A DNA stretch of 64,000 bases from NCBI GenBank assembly GCA_951406725.2, contig OX597825.1, positions 2,046,001 through 2,110,000 on the forward strand, in the 5' to 3' direction. A program made the translations under genes and the position numbers. This DNA comes from Octopus vulgaris (taxonomy: Eukaryota). Below, one piece after another: positions 26,254 to 40,323 of the stretch (its first letter is position 1; each line of letters opens with the position of its first letter). The notes beneath the pieces were generated by a model. That model was not told where the DNA came from. It worked only from the letters and a program-made list of their open reading frames with translations, and did no database searches.

Positions 26254-26308
26254 ACACGTGGACCGGTTTCTGCACTGGCAAAATAACCTTAGCTTCTTCA
26301 GAACGCGT
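26254..26308 (-). ncRNA. Hammerhead ribozyme type I in a decayed Penelope-like remnant (~26095-26660)
   Basis: ACGCGTT-CTGAAGA-AGC...GCA-GAAAC-CG-GTC-CACGTGT, with palindromic stem III ACCGGT. Confidence 0.7.
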
Positions 26309-26809
26309 TACCATGATTAGAGATTCCCAACTCATCGTTCTGAAGTCTGTGCCGCAACTGATTCGTTTTGCGCCGAAATCACAGCAGTCACCGGTGTAAA
26401 ATAATCTCGATACAATTTACGAGAAAAATAATTCACCAAAAATTAATTTGCGAAGATGTCATTAATTCTAATATTATCCAATGTATCGAGATTATCCAAA
26501 GGGAAGCTCTACGTAATCTTTTACTTGGTGTAAAAATTCCTGAAATCGTATGTGGTTATCTTTAACAGGAGCGAAAAATACATGAGATTATTTAATCTGA
26601 GAAAAACATAAAAAAGGAGATGCACAAAGATGGAATAAATTTGATCATGCTAAACAGAAACAGCGACAACAACAGTATTATTTGTAATAAATGAGAATAC
26701 CTAATAGCTAATGAGTAAAGGGCCAGATAGGAAAGTAGGATTTTCTATATAAAACGAAGGCTCTATAAAATAGTAACTTCGAATTTCACCGAAAGCCTTG
26801 TGTTTTTTA

Positions 26810-26955
26810 GGCATTACATCGACCGCTGTACATAGCTGGTTCATCATTTTACCCATCCCGGTCGGAGGAATGTCAAAATTGAAGTCAGCAGTATCTAAAT
26901 TCAGAAACTAAAGAGTGGGAAGGAATAACGCGAGGCGATCTGACGATTCTGGCAA
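26810..26955 (-). mobile_element. SINE family A, decayed
   Basis: attacatcgacc...aaattcagaaac...gacgattctggc. Confidence 0.55.
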
Positions 26956-27070
26956 TACTACGATTTCTAGATCCACAATTCTGGCAATACTACGATTTCT
27001 GGATCCACAATCCTGGCAATGCTATGATTTCTAGATCCACAATCCTGGCAATACGTAGATTTCTAGATCT
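26946..27070. repeat. 32-bp minisatellite, ~3.8 copies
   Basis: ctggcaatactacgatttctagatccacaatt starts at 26949, 26981, 27013 and 27045. Confidence 0.95.
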
Positions 27071-27154
27071 CTTACTAGACTTAAAAATTCATTCAGATCT
27101 GTCGTTTTAGTTCTCTTCTCCAGCCTAAACGTAAGATTACTCACCAAATATCCT

Positions 27155-27366
27155 TTTCTTCTCCAGGCACAAGACCCGAATTTTTTGGGAACGGGGCCAG
27201 TTGATTAGATCAACCCCAGTACGCAACTGGTACTTATTTTATCCACTCCGAAAAGATGAAATGCAAAGTTGACCTCAGTGGAATTTGAACTCAGAACGTA
27301 AAGGCAGATGAAATACCACTGAGCATTTCGCCCGGCGTGCTAACGTTTCTGCCAGCTCGCCGCCTC
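27155..27366 (-). mobile_element. SINE family A, full length
   Basis: ggcacaagacccgaa...gaatttgaactcagaacg...ctgccagctcgccgcc. tactcaccaaat / tactcatcaaat on the two sides may be a TSD. Confidence 0.9.
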
Positions 27367-27818
27367 ATACTCATCAAATGTCGCATATTTCCTTCTTCCA
27401 TTTTTTCAACACGTCAATAACATTTATTATAATTAAATGTCCGTTTTTGTAATTTTATCCTATTTCTTTTTACTTGCTCGTGTCTCACCTGGTTATTTAT
27501 TAATTAGTTGGATATCAATTACTGCATTGTCGCAGAATTAACTCGGATTAACTCATGATCTTATTTTTATTTCTTTGCATTTAAAGAATATCCGAATCAA
27601 CCAGAAGGTAATTACGCCACGTTTGAAATATTCGGAAAATATCTGGTTTTAATCGCTATAAATTACAGTTATTATAGAATATTATCATCAGATTTGTGCT
27701 GCATTAATAACGTATTACAATTATATAGGATTCCTAGTAGAATGATTGCTTCCTGCTTAATATTATACACCGATAACTTACATCGGTGATAACATTGTCC
27801 CTTTAGCCTCTTAATATA

Positions 27819-27859
<41 letters not shown>

Positions 27860-28694
27860 ACCACTCACAGAACATCCACCTCGTAACCACAGCCTTAAAC
27901 CATCTCTCCAGGCATTTATATAACCGACCTAGCCCACACTTCCCATCCACTGCTACGGTTTCGGGATTCTAGGATAGCATTTATACTGCCAGTTGCTCGG
28001 ATCACCGAGGTTAGCTGAAGTCCGTTTGCCAGGAAAACCTGAACAGGTTATTCAAAGCAATATATTAAGGATATTATATAAAATTATAAACCACAAAACA
28101 GTAAGAAAATTAATAAGCTTTAAGCAATTCATATATCATGTACATATGTATGTTCGTGTGTATGTATACATGTATGTATGCATGCATGAAAGAGTGTATA
28201 TATTTATAAAGCGAACTAACGAAATTAGAAGGCTGGGCATCGGATGCCTTTGGTTGTCTATTACAGTCATTTCGATTTTCATAGAATCCCTTTTGACCAC
28301 ACTGGTACCAATTTGTATCGGGCTTCCCATTCTATTGGGAAATATCAGCAGCGTGGAGATGTTGCGTGCATAGACTACACATAGCGTTCTTCAAGGAAAA
28401 AATGTATATTCCATATCCTGCAGTTTGTAAAATAACTTTCCTTGTGCAGATGCTCATACGTAAATACATGCAGGCATAAACACCTACGCACAGGCACAGG
28501 TGTCATTACACACAGTTGTTTTCTTCATCATGAGGCCTACGTTTGTGTTCATCGACAGCAATGGCTGGCAATGTCGTACAACCTCACGAATTTCATATTC
28601 AGTGATTTCATGTCACTCTTACATATATGAAAACACTTTGTATGTGTGTGTGTGCATGTGTGTTTGTGAATATATGTGTGTGTGTGCGCGTGTG

Positions 28695-28729
<35 letters not shown>

Positions 28730-29079
28730 ATGTGTGTGTTTGTGCAGAAATGTATCTTAGCATATTTGCATGAATGTTTTCTTGTGTATGTGTTTGAAAA
28801 CCTTTATGAAATATCGTCCTTCAGATGTTTTATTCTGCGTAAGTCTGATCGGATGTTAAAAACGTTTCGCTATGGAGTCAGGATGTCATGATTTAGCAGT
28901 CATTGAATAAAAAGACTATGAAGTTCTCGGCACAAAAACTTAATTACATTTTCTCATTCCAATTCGCAGAACCCCGAGTGCGTTCTATCCTCTGCATTGG
29001 CACCGGCTTGCCCAACGCCTTCTAAGTATAACTTCATACAAAGAAACTCTGCGCAGTCACATCACATGTATATATATAC

Positions 29080-29126
<47 letters not shown>

Positions 29127-29278
29127 GTATACAAAATTTAGAGGACTGATCACTAAAGGTGGACAGCCTTTATGCTAGATATAGACGTCAAATCGTCATT
29201 TTCCACGAAGAATGTGTTCTCAAGAAAAAACTCAGCAAAAGGCCAAAGTGTAAATAACCAAAGTAAATATATATATAA

Positions 29279-29335
<57 letters not shown>

Positions 29336-29586
29336 TGTGTGTGTGTGTATGTATGTACATGTATGTTTGTGTGAGTGTGTATATATTTCGATTTTTTTGG
29401 GGTACACAGGGTGACAGAGGCTAGCATGCCAAAACCTTGAATTCCCTGTCACCATTCTTTATGCAAAACCTTGAGAAATATTTGCTCTTCTGACAAGTAT
29501 TGAGCAATCATCCTTTTCGCTTTAACGTTAATATACTTATGTTTATATAATTTGGCATAAAGACTAGCATTAATTTATCGTATAGA

Positions 29587-29790
29587 TTTCAAATTTTGGC
29601 ACAAGGCCAGAAATGCTGGGGGACGGATAAGACAATTATATACACGCCAATGATGTAATGGTACTTATTTTATCGACCACGGAAGAATGAAAAATAAAAC
29701 TGAGTTCGGCGGAATTTGAACTGAAAGACAGATAAAATGGCGTTAACGATTTTTCCCGGCGCGCTAATGACTCTGCTAGTTCGCCGCTCC
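29587..29790 (-). mobile_element. SINE family A
   Basis: tttcaaattttggcacaaggccag...cggcggaatttgaact...ctgctagttcgccgc. Confidence 0.8.
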
Positions 29791-29891
29791 TAACACCAAT
29801 ATATATATATATATATGTGTGTGTGTGTACCTTCCTGTGTGCCCGTGTGTTGGTTTGTATGAACGTGTGTGGTTGTATGTGTATGTATCAA

Positions 29892-29929
<38 letters not shown>

Positions 29930-31593
29930 CACACATATATACATATGCGCAGCGATCGATAAAATAAGTAATGACGCTGATGTCATCATCATCTAACGCG
30001 TAAAGAAGTAATTTTTATCTTCCTTCCACACGCAAAGTCTCTTCCTCAAGGGAATCGTTCTATCATCTTTTCGTTGCAATTCAATCTATCTTCTCTTAGC
30101 CATTTACCACTTCTGAACAGCATGAAGATATTCGTTAAAGAATTTTGAATATATTAAAATTGAACACATAAGAAACTCGACATCTACGTACGGCAATTCT
30201 CATGACATTGATTCGTTCGGTGCAAAGATTTGCAAAAATCACCGAAGTAAGTTGTAATTAGATGAAGAAAGAAAAAAAGGAAAAAAGAAAAAAGAGGCAA
30301 AAAAGAAAAAAATCGAAGTATGTGGAATGTTACCTACATAACTTTAAATATCAATTGTATCTGAAATTCTTGCTGATTTCCGATCGAAGATAATTTGTGG
30401 ACTTTTCGTTGTTTTAAGCATCGGAAACCGCTATCAGCTATAGGATCTATCGTTATGCGAATCGTTCATACTTGTTTTAACCGCCTTGATTTCGACAAGT
30501 GAAAATTCATACGTGAAATATCGCACACGCACGCACACACGCACACTTTCACACTCACACACTCCCTCGCTCACGCACATACACATGCGCATAGAACCAA
30601 TCGCATAGGCGTCACACCCACTCTCCATATTGCTGTTTAGTTAGATTTAGATTTCGCTGTGCTTCGACTTATTTCAGTTTTCAGTGGAAGAAGAAAACCA
30701 TCCTGGCTTATTCTGTTACAAAACTAAGAGACTACGATGCTGTTCTTTCTGTTGTTGGTAGACACAATTCGTGTCAATATTGGTCAGTTGATTGACAAAA
30801 GGCGGCCGAGTAGTGTTTCTTCCCATTATGTACATCCTCCGTTCAAATCCATCCTCCGTCAGCTTTAACTTCCCCTCTTCCATGGTGAATTAATTAAAGT
30901 ATCAATCAAGGAGGAGTATTGATTTCATCAACGAATACCCTGCCCCACATTCCTCCCACTGCGTCTCTGTTACAAGCGTTTGATGTTGTTTGATCAGCTC
31001 TATCCGGCTACACACAAATCTTTATCCTTTTGAAACCAAAAGCGGGCCAAGATACGCTGAGATAAATGAATACGTGCTTTTCACTATGCTTCATAGAGCA
31101 TGGGGTAAGGAGCTCTGCCCATTGCTTTCATATAAAATACATGACCTTTGTGATTGATGTGGCTACCCTTGAACACAACGAATATTCGGTAGAAGAAAAG
31201 TGCAGCATGAAGCTAATTCTAGAAGGACGACGTTCGGTGAATGAAGAACTGTATGTGCTGATTTGAATGGGATCTGTGATGCGTGTATGGTACGGGTGAC
31301 GGGTGAAGGGACAGAAGAAGGCGGAACGAGTGAATGAGGAATATCAGAGTGGAGGTGTAATACGACACAAGAGACAAGATTGGGGTGTTATGTATCCAGT
31401 TTGCAGAGGAGAAATTCTCATTATACTAAAGATAGTTGCCGAAGAGAAGGGCAGTATTTGTGGGTAACAGCTTAAAATGCTGGTGAGCGAATTCATGCAA
31501 TCGTCCGACTTGCTTTTCATTCGTTTATCAAAATATCTCCTTGCATGTTGTTTAAGTTTAGGCTTGAATAAAATGTACTATAGCCTCCTTTAA

Positions 31594-32094
<501 letters not shown>

Positions 32095-32799
32095 CGCGAT
32101 TCATGTTCGAGATGCATGAGTATTCTAGTGTAAAACGGTGCTTCATGTCGTGTCGTGCATTTGGTTATTCGATAAGCAGAGTATTACAAGTTAAGAAATT
32201 AAAATTGGTATTTCGGCCTAAATAGGCAAGTGGCATACTTACAAACCAGTACTCCAGCATGGCAACAGTTTGTGGCATAAAGCAATATGAAAATAATAGA
32301 TTAAAAGAACAGGAGATTACATTTGATGTCTTTTGATACAGAAAAAAATATGTCAAGTCATATCGTTACTTTTGATAAACTTGTTCCCATTTTCTCACAG
32401 CTTTTGAGGATGTGGTTTCCAACCTATTTTTAAATATATAAAAAAAAGCTTTATTAAATGTCTGAACACGAGTGACATATATCTTGAACATGATAAAATA
32501 GGTACAAACCAGTTTTCATATTTTGTCGAGACATCTTACTGTTTACTGTTATGCTGGTAAATATGAAACCAACAGGTTTCGTTCCTGGCTTTTGTTATCG
32601 GTTTTACCATTGACCTCAAATACACTCCTAAATGAGCAAATCTATAATGAGAAGACTTGTAGCCATGACAATCCACTCATTCCAGAAATAACTCATCTTA
32701 GACGACGATATCTAACAAGGTCTGTGCTTCTATAGATGGCAATGTATGATTTGTAAATGATTTGGCTGGAGTTTCTAGTAATCCTGCAGAAGCCACCCA

Positions 32800-33290
32800 A
32801 GACAATCACAATCACTTCGTTACAAACCATTGCTATGTCCGTATATTCAGGAACACTATAAAAGAGCTGATAAAATTGGAATTGATTTCTGGAGATCGAT
32901 TTCAATATGTGACCGCGCGTGTATCATTGGCGATTTTCTTTCTCCGTTTTCCCTTCTTTGGACTTTTTTCTATATTTCTGATGAAGAGCTCCGCTCGAAA
33001 CGTGAAACCCTCTTTCTTTCCTTTCCATTCCTGGGCGTCCAATAACACTGGACTCATTCCCCGTCCTCGCATTGTTGGTTCTTCTTGCTTGTTCTTGTTT
33101 GGATTCCCTATGTACCGAACGCTCACGACGGACCCGGCCTTCTGACTGACCTTGGAGTACCTAATTCCTGGAATTCTTCTACCTCCGGATTACTGTTCCT
33201 GTTCATTCGGATTACGCCACTCTACATCTTGATTACATTTCGAGACTGATATAGAAATCAACTGCCGTCCCCGTCGTCACAAATTTTAGT
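32800..33290 (+). mobile_element. Penelope-like element 3' end with minimal HHR
   Basis: TTT-CTGATGA-A-GAGC-tcc-GCTC-GAAAC-GTG-AAA at 32975-33007 (cleavage triplet mutated to GUG). Shares sequence with 13015-13218. Upstream RIFRNTIKELIKLEL weakly resembles a GIY-YIG C-terminus. Confidence 0.7.
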
Positions 33291-33639
33291 CTTAAGTCAG
33301 TGTATCGGCTATTGAATTGTGGCCAGGCAGGAGCAGCGCTTTGAAGGCTTTCAGTCAAACAAATCGTCTCCAGGAATTATTTTTTATACTTTGGAAAGCC
33401 TTACCTTATAGGTATGTTATATCAAACTGAAAGTGGGGTTACACATAAACAACAACAGGAACACCTGCAACAAAGAATATGTAAGATGTATACAAGACAT
33501 TTATTTGCAGGACTGTCAATTGCGGATCACTTTGAATTCCTTGTTTTCGTTATTTCATTTTATTAGAAAATTTAATTTCAAAGAAACAGGAAAGAAAAGG
33601 AAGAAAAAGGAAAACACAAAAGAAAAATAGAATAAAGGT

Positions 33640-34050
33640 GCATGGTGGGGGAGTAAGCAGCGAGGATGGAGTGGAAGGGGCGACTGCTCTCGCATCTTAG
33701 AACATGTGGGTTACTCAACCATACCCCGTGGTAATGACCGCAATGGCGTTGCGTGGGGAATGACCAGGGACACTCATTGTAGTAGTCACTCCATTTCACG
33801 TGACTCATGTCTCCGACAAGCCGCCATTATTCCTATTTCGCTGAGGGAAAATCCGGTGGTACGGATTTGCAGAACACCTGACGTCTCGACGGTGATCGGA
33901 AGAAAGTGATAGCAGTCGGCCAGGCTCCTGTATGGAATGATTTTTCTCTCCTCCCTGTTACAGACTGTGACGCCAGGATTTGCACAGATGCTGCAAGGCT
34001 GGAGCCGGATTCTTCGTTGAAATGCGTCAACATTTCATCAGTGGCCTATC
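33640..34050 (-). mobile_element. CRE-clade-like non-LTR retrotransposon 3' remnant (restriction-like endonuclease region)
   Basis: Frameshifted ANPGVTVCNREERKIIPYRSLADCYHFLPITVETSGVL and LSEIGIMAACRRHESREME*LLQ*VSLVI match the E.RK..KY...F.PIAVET.G...LQR.SL pattern. Confidence 0.75.
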
Positions 34051-34492
34051 TCAATGTTCACACTGAACATATAATTGCTATTTATTAAACATCTGCGTCA
34101 TTTTTGCTGTCAAAGTTTGTTAGTTTAATTCAATATATTTCCAACGTTCTGAACTCAAATCTGGAATCCGATTTATCTGATCAGCTCAAACTTAATAACT
34201 ATTCCCCCATTTTTTTCATGTAAAAAGGGCAAATTTTCGAAACGCTTTATTTATAAATACGCAAAAAATATTTTCGCAAAAAATTGCGCAAATTAATTAA
34301 TTTAATTAATTAAATTAATTACTCTAATAAGGTTAATATATAGAAAGAGAGACTTCTGGCGGCATTTTTTCTATGGCGGCTTTGTCGTATTTTTTGCATT
34401 GTATCTGTGATTTTTTTTTGGACAATGTAGTAAGTGGAAGTGTGCAGCTGTATGAGTAAATTTCTATTTCAGATTTCTTAATTCTATTTCAG

Positions 34493-34554
34493 GTGCCCAA
34501 ACTATGAAGAGATAAGCAGGTTTTGTTACATTTATGGAAAAGAGACGATGCCTG
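34493..34554 (+). CDS. Possible small internal exon CPNYEEISRFCYIYGKETMP
   Basis: ttctatttcag| acceptor, |gttagt donor, and only one open frame. CP-x8-CY is reminiscent of a C-type lectin N-terminus. No partner exons found. Confidence 0.25.
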
Positions 34555-35754
34555 GTTAGTTTTCTAGCATTATTCCGTTTGTAAAATCAAGCTTTCGCCC
34601 CTAATTTGGGGTCAGAAAGGGAGACTAAGATAAATGCATTTCGTCTCATCTATATTTTAGAACGTGTGTTTAAAATTTAAGACTTTGTAATAAATGGTGT
34701 ATGAAATCTCTATCATTTGGTGTTCAAGTGGTCTTGGGACAAAGGGAAAATCGTGTGATGACTGTTATATATTCATGACCACCATAGATATCTAGATCAT
34801 ATTTCAAAGTGTAAAAATTGAGTAGTTATATATATATTTGAATATTTCATACATATACGTGAGTGGGGATGTTTAGGTTTGTGTAAAACGCACTCGATAC
34901 GATACATATGAGTATAGACGTTCCAATTCATACCGGCTATTTAGCAGAATATCATAACTTGATTAGTATAGAAAATAATGCAAAAATCGTTGTGGGACTT
35001 TCTCCTCCACTATCGTTTATAGACCCGGTGGTGTTTGAAGACAGAACGTATAGTTTCAAGTATAGTTGGTTGCTATTTCCAGCAGGTTGACTAACGGCAT
35101 ACAAAGCGCTTTGTTCCTGTTCATGCATTGTCCTTCTTTGTGATTACTTTTGTTGCAACATGTCTGTGTGCATGAGTTTCTCTAACAAAAGTAAGATATA
35201 GAGAAATGATGCGTTTCTTGGATAGAATAATTCTTCATCTTTGAACACACATAAATGTAGCTTAGTGTCGCTGAATTATTACCTGCTATAGGAGAAATCT
35301 TAGAAGGTATTTTTTATCATATGCTTTATATGTATATTTTTGTTCTATATGTATCATTGAATACATGTTCCACCTGTGCGCATCTGTATAAATATTTTCC
35401 CATGAAAACTTGCTATGAAAATATATTACTACGAACACCCTTATCTACATACATGAATACAAATAGCTTTTTATATGTTCTTGGGTATGAAGTAATGTTA
35501 TGTACACGTGAGTAGGAAGAAAATTAGTTGTATAGCATGAAACCTACTTGTGAGAAAGTATATCTATTGTGTCATAATGAATATCTTCATGATACACAGT
35601 ATATTGAGTTCGTGGAAATATTGGCAAGGTCTTATAAATGCATATAAATGCATATAGGCTTTTACATACATACACACATATATAATACAGAGAGGTTCTT
35701 CACATTACACTTGACGACTTGTACAGCCTGTATCTATTATCTTTTATTTCAGTC

Positions 35755-35848
35755 CTTGGCGAAGTTAGAACTCAGAACGTGAAGACGGACGAGTTGCCGC
35801 TCAGCATTTCGTCCGACGTGCTAACCCTTGCCCCAGCTCGGCGCATTA
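35755..35848 (-). mobile_element. SINE family A 5' fragment
   Basis: gaactcagaacgtgaagacggacgag...cccagctcggcgc. Confidence 0.75.
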
Positions 35849-35962
35849 GGCTAAGATCAATAATGCAAAATAAGACGTTAATCAAATGAAGATCTAACTG
35901 TGTTTGTGAAAATATCTGTATCGGTCTACATAAAGTTACAAAATTTCTGCCAATTTATATTG

Positions 35963-36175
35963 GTAAGGCGGCGAGGTGACAGAATCGTTAGCAAGCCAGG
36001 CAAATTAACGGCATTTCGTCCGTCATCGCGTTCTAAGTTCAAATCCTTCCGAGGTGAACTATACCTTTCATCCCTTTCATGGTCGATAAAATAAGTACCA
36101 GTAGAGCTCTGGGATTGATGTAATCTACTTGTCCCAACTCGCTAAATTGCTGGCCGTGTGTCAAAAATTGAAACC
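35963..36175 (+). mobile_element. SINE family A, full length
   Basis: aaggcggcgaggtgacagaatcgttagc...gtcgataaaataagtacc...aaattgaaacc. Confidence 0.85.
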
Positions 36176-36904
36176 ACTGTGTCTTGTATTTGTTTGGGAA
36201 TTATTATTTATCTATAAGAGTTTTTTTTTTGGTTGCATTTGTAAATGCATCGATGTTTGTTTAAGTTTGTTTGGATTAAGTTATTTATTTCTTTCGAGAT
36301 TTACAAAAACAGTTTATGAACATTTTGCCTGAGACTAAAAGCTTAAAATTTCTTGAAACTGGAATTTTTCTATATGTTTTATATATTTATTCGCATAGAC
36401 AACTATAACGAAATGACTGTTGATATACATCAACGTATAAAACCCTGTAAAATCTATGATAATATACTATTTTGAGTAACATCAGCTATAGAAGAAGAAA
36501 ACAAAAAAAACAAAACAAAACAAAGCACCCAGAAAATGAAAGGAAAGTATATACATGTATAACCAATTAGGAAAATGCATACTTAATAAGTACACACATG
36601 TAGAACGTTGCCGTTTATAAAAATCTATATATTGGTATATCGTACATTATGTTAATACAACAACATACGATATTGGTATTTTATATAACGTAAATATAGA
36701 TACATAATTGAAATGCAGCTATCAATATGCATTCGCGTGTACACAGTGTGGATATACTCCGAAGCACAAAATCATAAATATTTAAATCTATAATATGTAA
36801 ATAAGATTTCATGATTGCATGCATATATTAAGGCAGACACCCCAATTCCATATATGTGACTATATACATACATATACAAACATATATATGTGTGTGTGAT
36901 ATTG

Positions 36905-37560
36905 GATTGTCAGATATATTCGTTTTTTACCATTTATTTTAATCCTTATTTTTCATCAATATTTTTTGCAATAGAATGAATAATATATTCCCCTTATTGT
37001 TCAGACTTTTTTTGCCAGCGTTTCAGTAGCTTGTCAATGCATTGCTTGTAGAAACCCTTGGGTCTTAGTAGAAGAATTCATCAAAACCCATTTGTAGCCC
37101 GACGTCGTTGGAGGACAAAACCATTTTCAGTCTGTTGGAGCGCGATCGACAATGGCGACAATCTGAAGTCGTTATATCTCGAGAATACGTTGGATACAGA
37201 AGAATTTCTCAACCAAGCACTTGAATACCATTTTCCTTAAAAAATAGTAACGTAGGGACGTGACACCATTCATCTTACTTCAGCCTGTTTCCCTCGCTAG
37301 AATCTGTGTGTTTTCTGCACGTAAAGTTCTGCATTGACCGCGTAGACGTCTTCGTAGTGAATTAACCCTGTCCAATCCCATCAAATGCACATCATTTGCT
37401 TGCATGGATGCAGCTCTGAAGAGCTTCCCAAATCAAATGGGTTCTTCCTTCATTTTGCGAACTTTTTCTTTAAATTATTAGGTTTTGGAGTGTTTAATCT
37501 TCCATCCCTTGGAGTGGACGAAATAAAGTTTTTCCTCGAGTATATTTTTTATATTATTTG
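36905..37560 (-). mobile_element. Decayed mariner element, 3' part
   Basis: Minus strand FYKQCIDKLLKRWQK matches the mariner C-terminal FY..GI.KL..RW.K motif. TIR-like tattggattgtcag at the end. Confidence 0.6.
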
Positions 37561-37899
37561 ATGGAAACATTCGTTCTTTTGTGCAATAAAATAGTTTATT
37601 TTGCTGGCGAACATGTGGCCAAGAATTTCGAAGTGATTCACGAAATTTTTAAAACGTAGAAATGTTAGGCACCGCTCTGGCAGCACTACTACTTGTACAA
37701 ACACTGAGAAGCAAGTCATTGATGCTAAACCTCAGTAACTAGTAATTACTAATAAGATAAATCCATATCGATATTGATTATCGTCTTTTATTTAATTTGA
37801 AAACAAAGTGAGACACTCTTCAAATAATGTCTCTTCAAACAGCATTTGAATGCTGATAGATTCTACCATTCATTAAGCATCAAGGTACATTCATACATC

Positions 37900-38305
37900 G
37901 AATCTGTATACTGAGGCAACTAGCATTCTAAGAGTAAATAAGGAGACTTCTGTGAATATACTACAGAAATCGTGGCACCAATGAGGAAATGAAGAATAAG
38001 GCAGACGATAAGGCGCTATGAGGAACTTGTTACCACAATAAAGGAACGCAAGCTCAGGTGATTTGGGTATGTCACCCGCTGGTCAGGGATGGCAAAAACA
38101 ATCCTTCAGAGAACAGTCACAGGTAGCAGACGCAGAAGCAGAGAAATATAGAGGTGGGAAAACAACATCTGTGGGTGGACAGGTGAAAAGATGAGAGACC
38201 AATGCGAGAAGCAGAAGGCAGCGACAGGTAGAGAGATTTGGTCGCAAAGTCATAAGTGGTGCCCCCAACGGTCAGCTAGACTACGGGATATGTAATGTAA
38301 TGTAA
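37900..38305 (+). mobile_element. RTE-clade LINE 3' end
   Basis: IKERKLR*FGYVTRWSGMAKTILQRTVTGSRRRSR...RWENNI, followed by a (TGTAA)3 tail. Confidence 0.8.
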
Positions 38306-39409
38306 GGAGCTGTTCGAAAAGAATTACTAGTCTGATGATGACAGGTAAACACTCAGAGAATTTACACAGGTGTATTGCAATAACAAAGAAATCATTGCAA
38401 CAAAAAACAACAACATACACGACTTTATGGGAAGCACCACAAAGTTATGTATGTGTTGTGAGAAAGCTGAAGAATGGCATAAATAACTCGTTTGGATAAA
38501 CAACAGTTTATATTACGTTTCATTCTGATGGTAACATTTTCCCATTTTAGGGACAGAAAAAGCAACAAAATATACATAGCACAAATAGACTAGAGATATA
38601 CATAGGTATGGCAAGTGATACTGTCTTTGTTTTTAATTAAACAAAAGATCCATGTCATAACCATTTGTCTGAATGTGTCAATAATGTTTATCAATATAGT
38701 GGGAAGTAGTGACCAAACCGCTTTGCATTTCATAGGAAGGATCGTGCTTTTGTCATTACCATCAAACTAAAGAGGTTACAATGTTACGGAGAGCATATTC
38801 ACATGTAAAATAAATGCTGGTCGTATTTTAATGGCATATGTGGAGTATAAAACAACCAGTCCACCAGGCATCTGGGACAATGAAAAAATGTGCATTCGTG
38901 CATGGTAGGCGAACCACTTTGTCGACCATTCAGTGGTATAAAAGTAACAGGATACATGTTCTAAATAGGAATATGCAATTACAAAGCAAGCATTATAATC
39001 TAAGAAACTAGCTTTTGATAATAGGGTCCATGACTCTGTAACTATCCTGACTGAAAAGCAGCACGAGAAATTGGGATTTTGAAAACTAGAAAGAACACTG
39101 CTAATTGGAAAATTATAATTAGAATCCATTAATTGAACTAGATTATATGTAAAATGCTTCTGAAGTTCAGTCGTTAGAGTGTATAAATATAACTATTCAA
39201 AAGAGATTTACACAGTAATACCATGCAAACATGGCTGCAAAGCTACCTGAACTTACATGTAGATATGTTTTTATGCATGCGTGTATACAAGTTGTCATAT
39301 ATATGTACCTATACACACACATACACACATACGCACACACACACGCACACACACACACACATATATATTAATACAGACATACACTCATACCAACATAGAA
39401 ACACACAAA

Positions 39410-39625
39410 CGAAGGGTTGCTGAAACGTTCCTGGTTTTAGGGATATCGCGAAAGGTAAGGTTGGAGGTTCAACATTTTAAGTTCTTTTAGAGGGCTTAGA
39501 AAAGCTGAAAGAATGGTGCAATATGTGTAGAAACCTGAGGTGGAATATGTTGAATAAGATCACAATTAACTGATCCTCCTGTATTTTCTTATAACTAAAA
39601 CCAGGAAGTTTTTATCACTGCAGCG
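39410..39625. mobile_element. Mariner-derived MITE, same family as 5222-5432
   Basis: TIRs cgaagggttgctgaaacgttcctggttttag / ctaaaaccaggaagtttttatcactgcagcg followed by TA. Confidence 0.75.
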
Positions 39626-40100
39626 TAAGTGCGTACATACAGTCATATTCCTGCACATGCACACAGCTGCGCAATCAATGTCATCTAAAGTCGAAAAGGA
39701 ATTATTTCTGGGCTGAAGATCGACTCATCTGCCGTTAGAAAACTTTTTTTTAAAATATAACCAAAAAACGTACATTCACATATCCATAAGTATATACGTA
39801 CATACTTACTTACACGATATACGTATATAGATATATAAAACCACGCATGAATACATACGTTATTACACCAATGCATTCATACCATGCACATAAACACATG
39901 CACACATTGGTTTTCCTAAAAATAACTTTTCTTGACAACGATCAACAGTATTTAAATATTTGCCCGGTTCATTAGCCACCAAGTAACATCCATTATGATA
40001 TTTCTGTCTACGTCTGCCTGTGAATACACACTTATACACGTATATATACGTAGCTTTATATAAACACATTTGTGCGTGATTGCATGCTTATGTACATGCA

Positions 40101-40158
<58 letters not shown>

Positions 40159-40289
40159 TATATATAGATATAGATAGATATATGTATATACAGACACACA
40201 TACACACACATACATATCAATGATAGTCAAATTATACATGCATATACATGCACACAAAACCGCAAATAAATTTATATATATATACATAA

Positions 40290-40323
<34 letters not shown>

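Noticed and set aside
26946-27070. CRISPR-like 32-bp repeats
   Set aside because: Head-to-tail units with no spacers, in eukaryotic DNA with no cas genes.
33964-34088. Strong plus-strand splice acceptor and ORF DCDARICTD...
   Set aside because: It is the antisense of the CRE-like LINE remnant.
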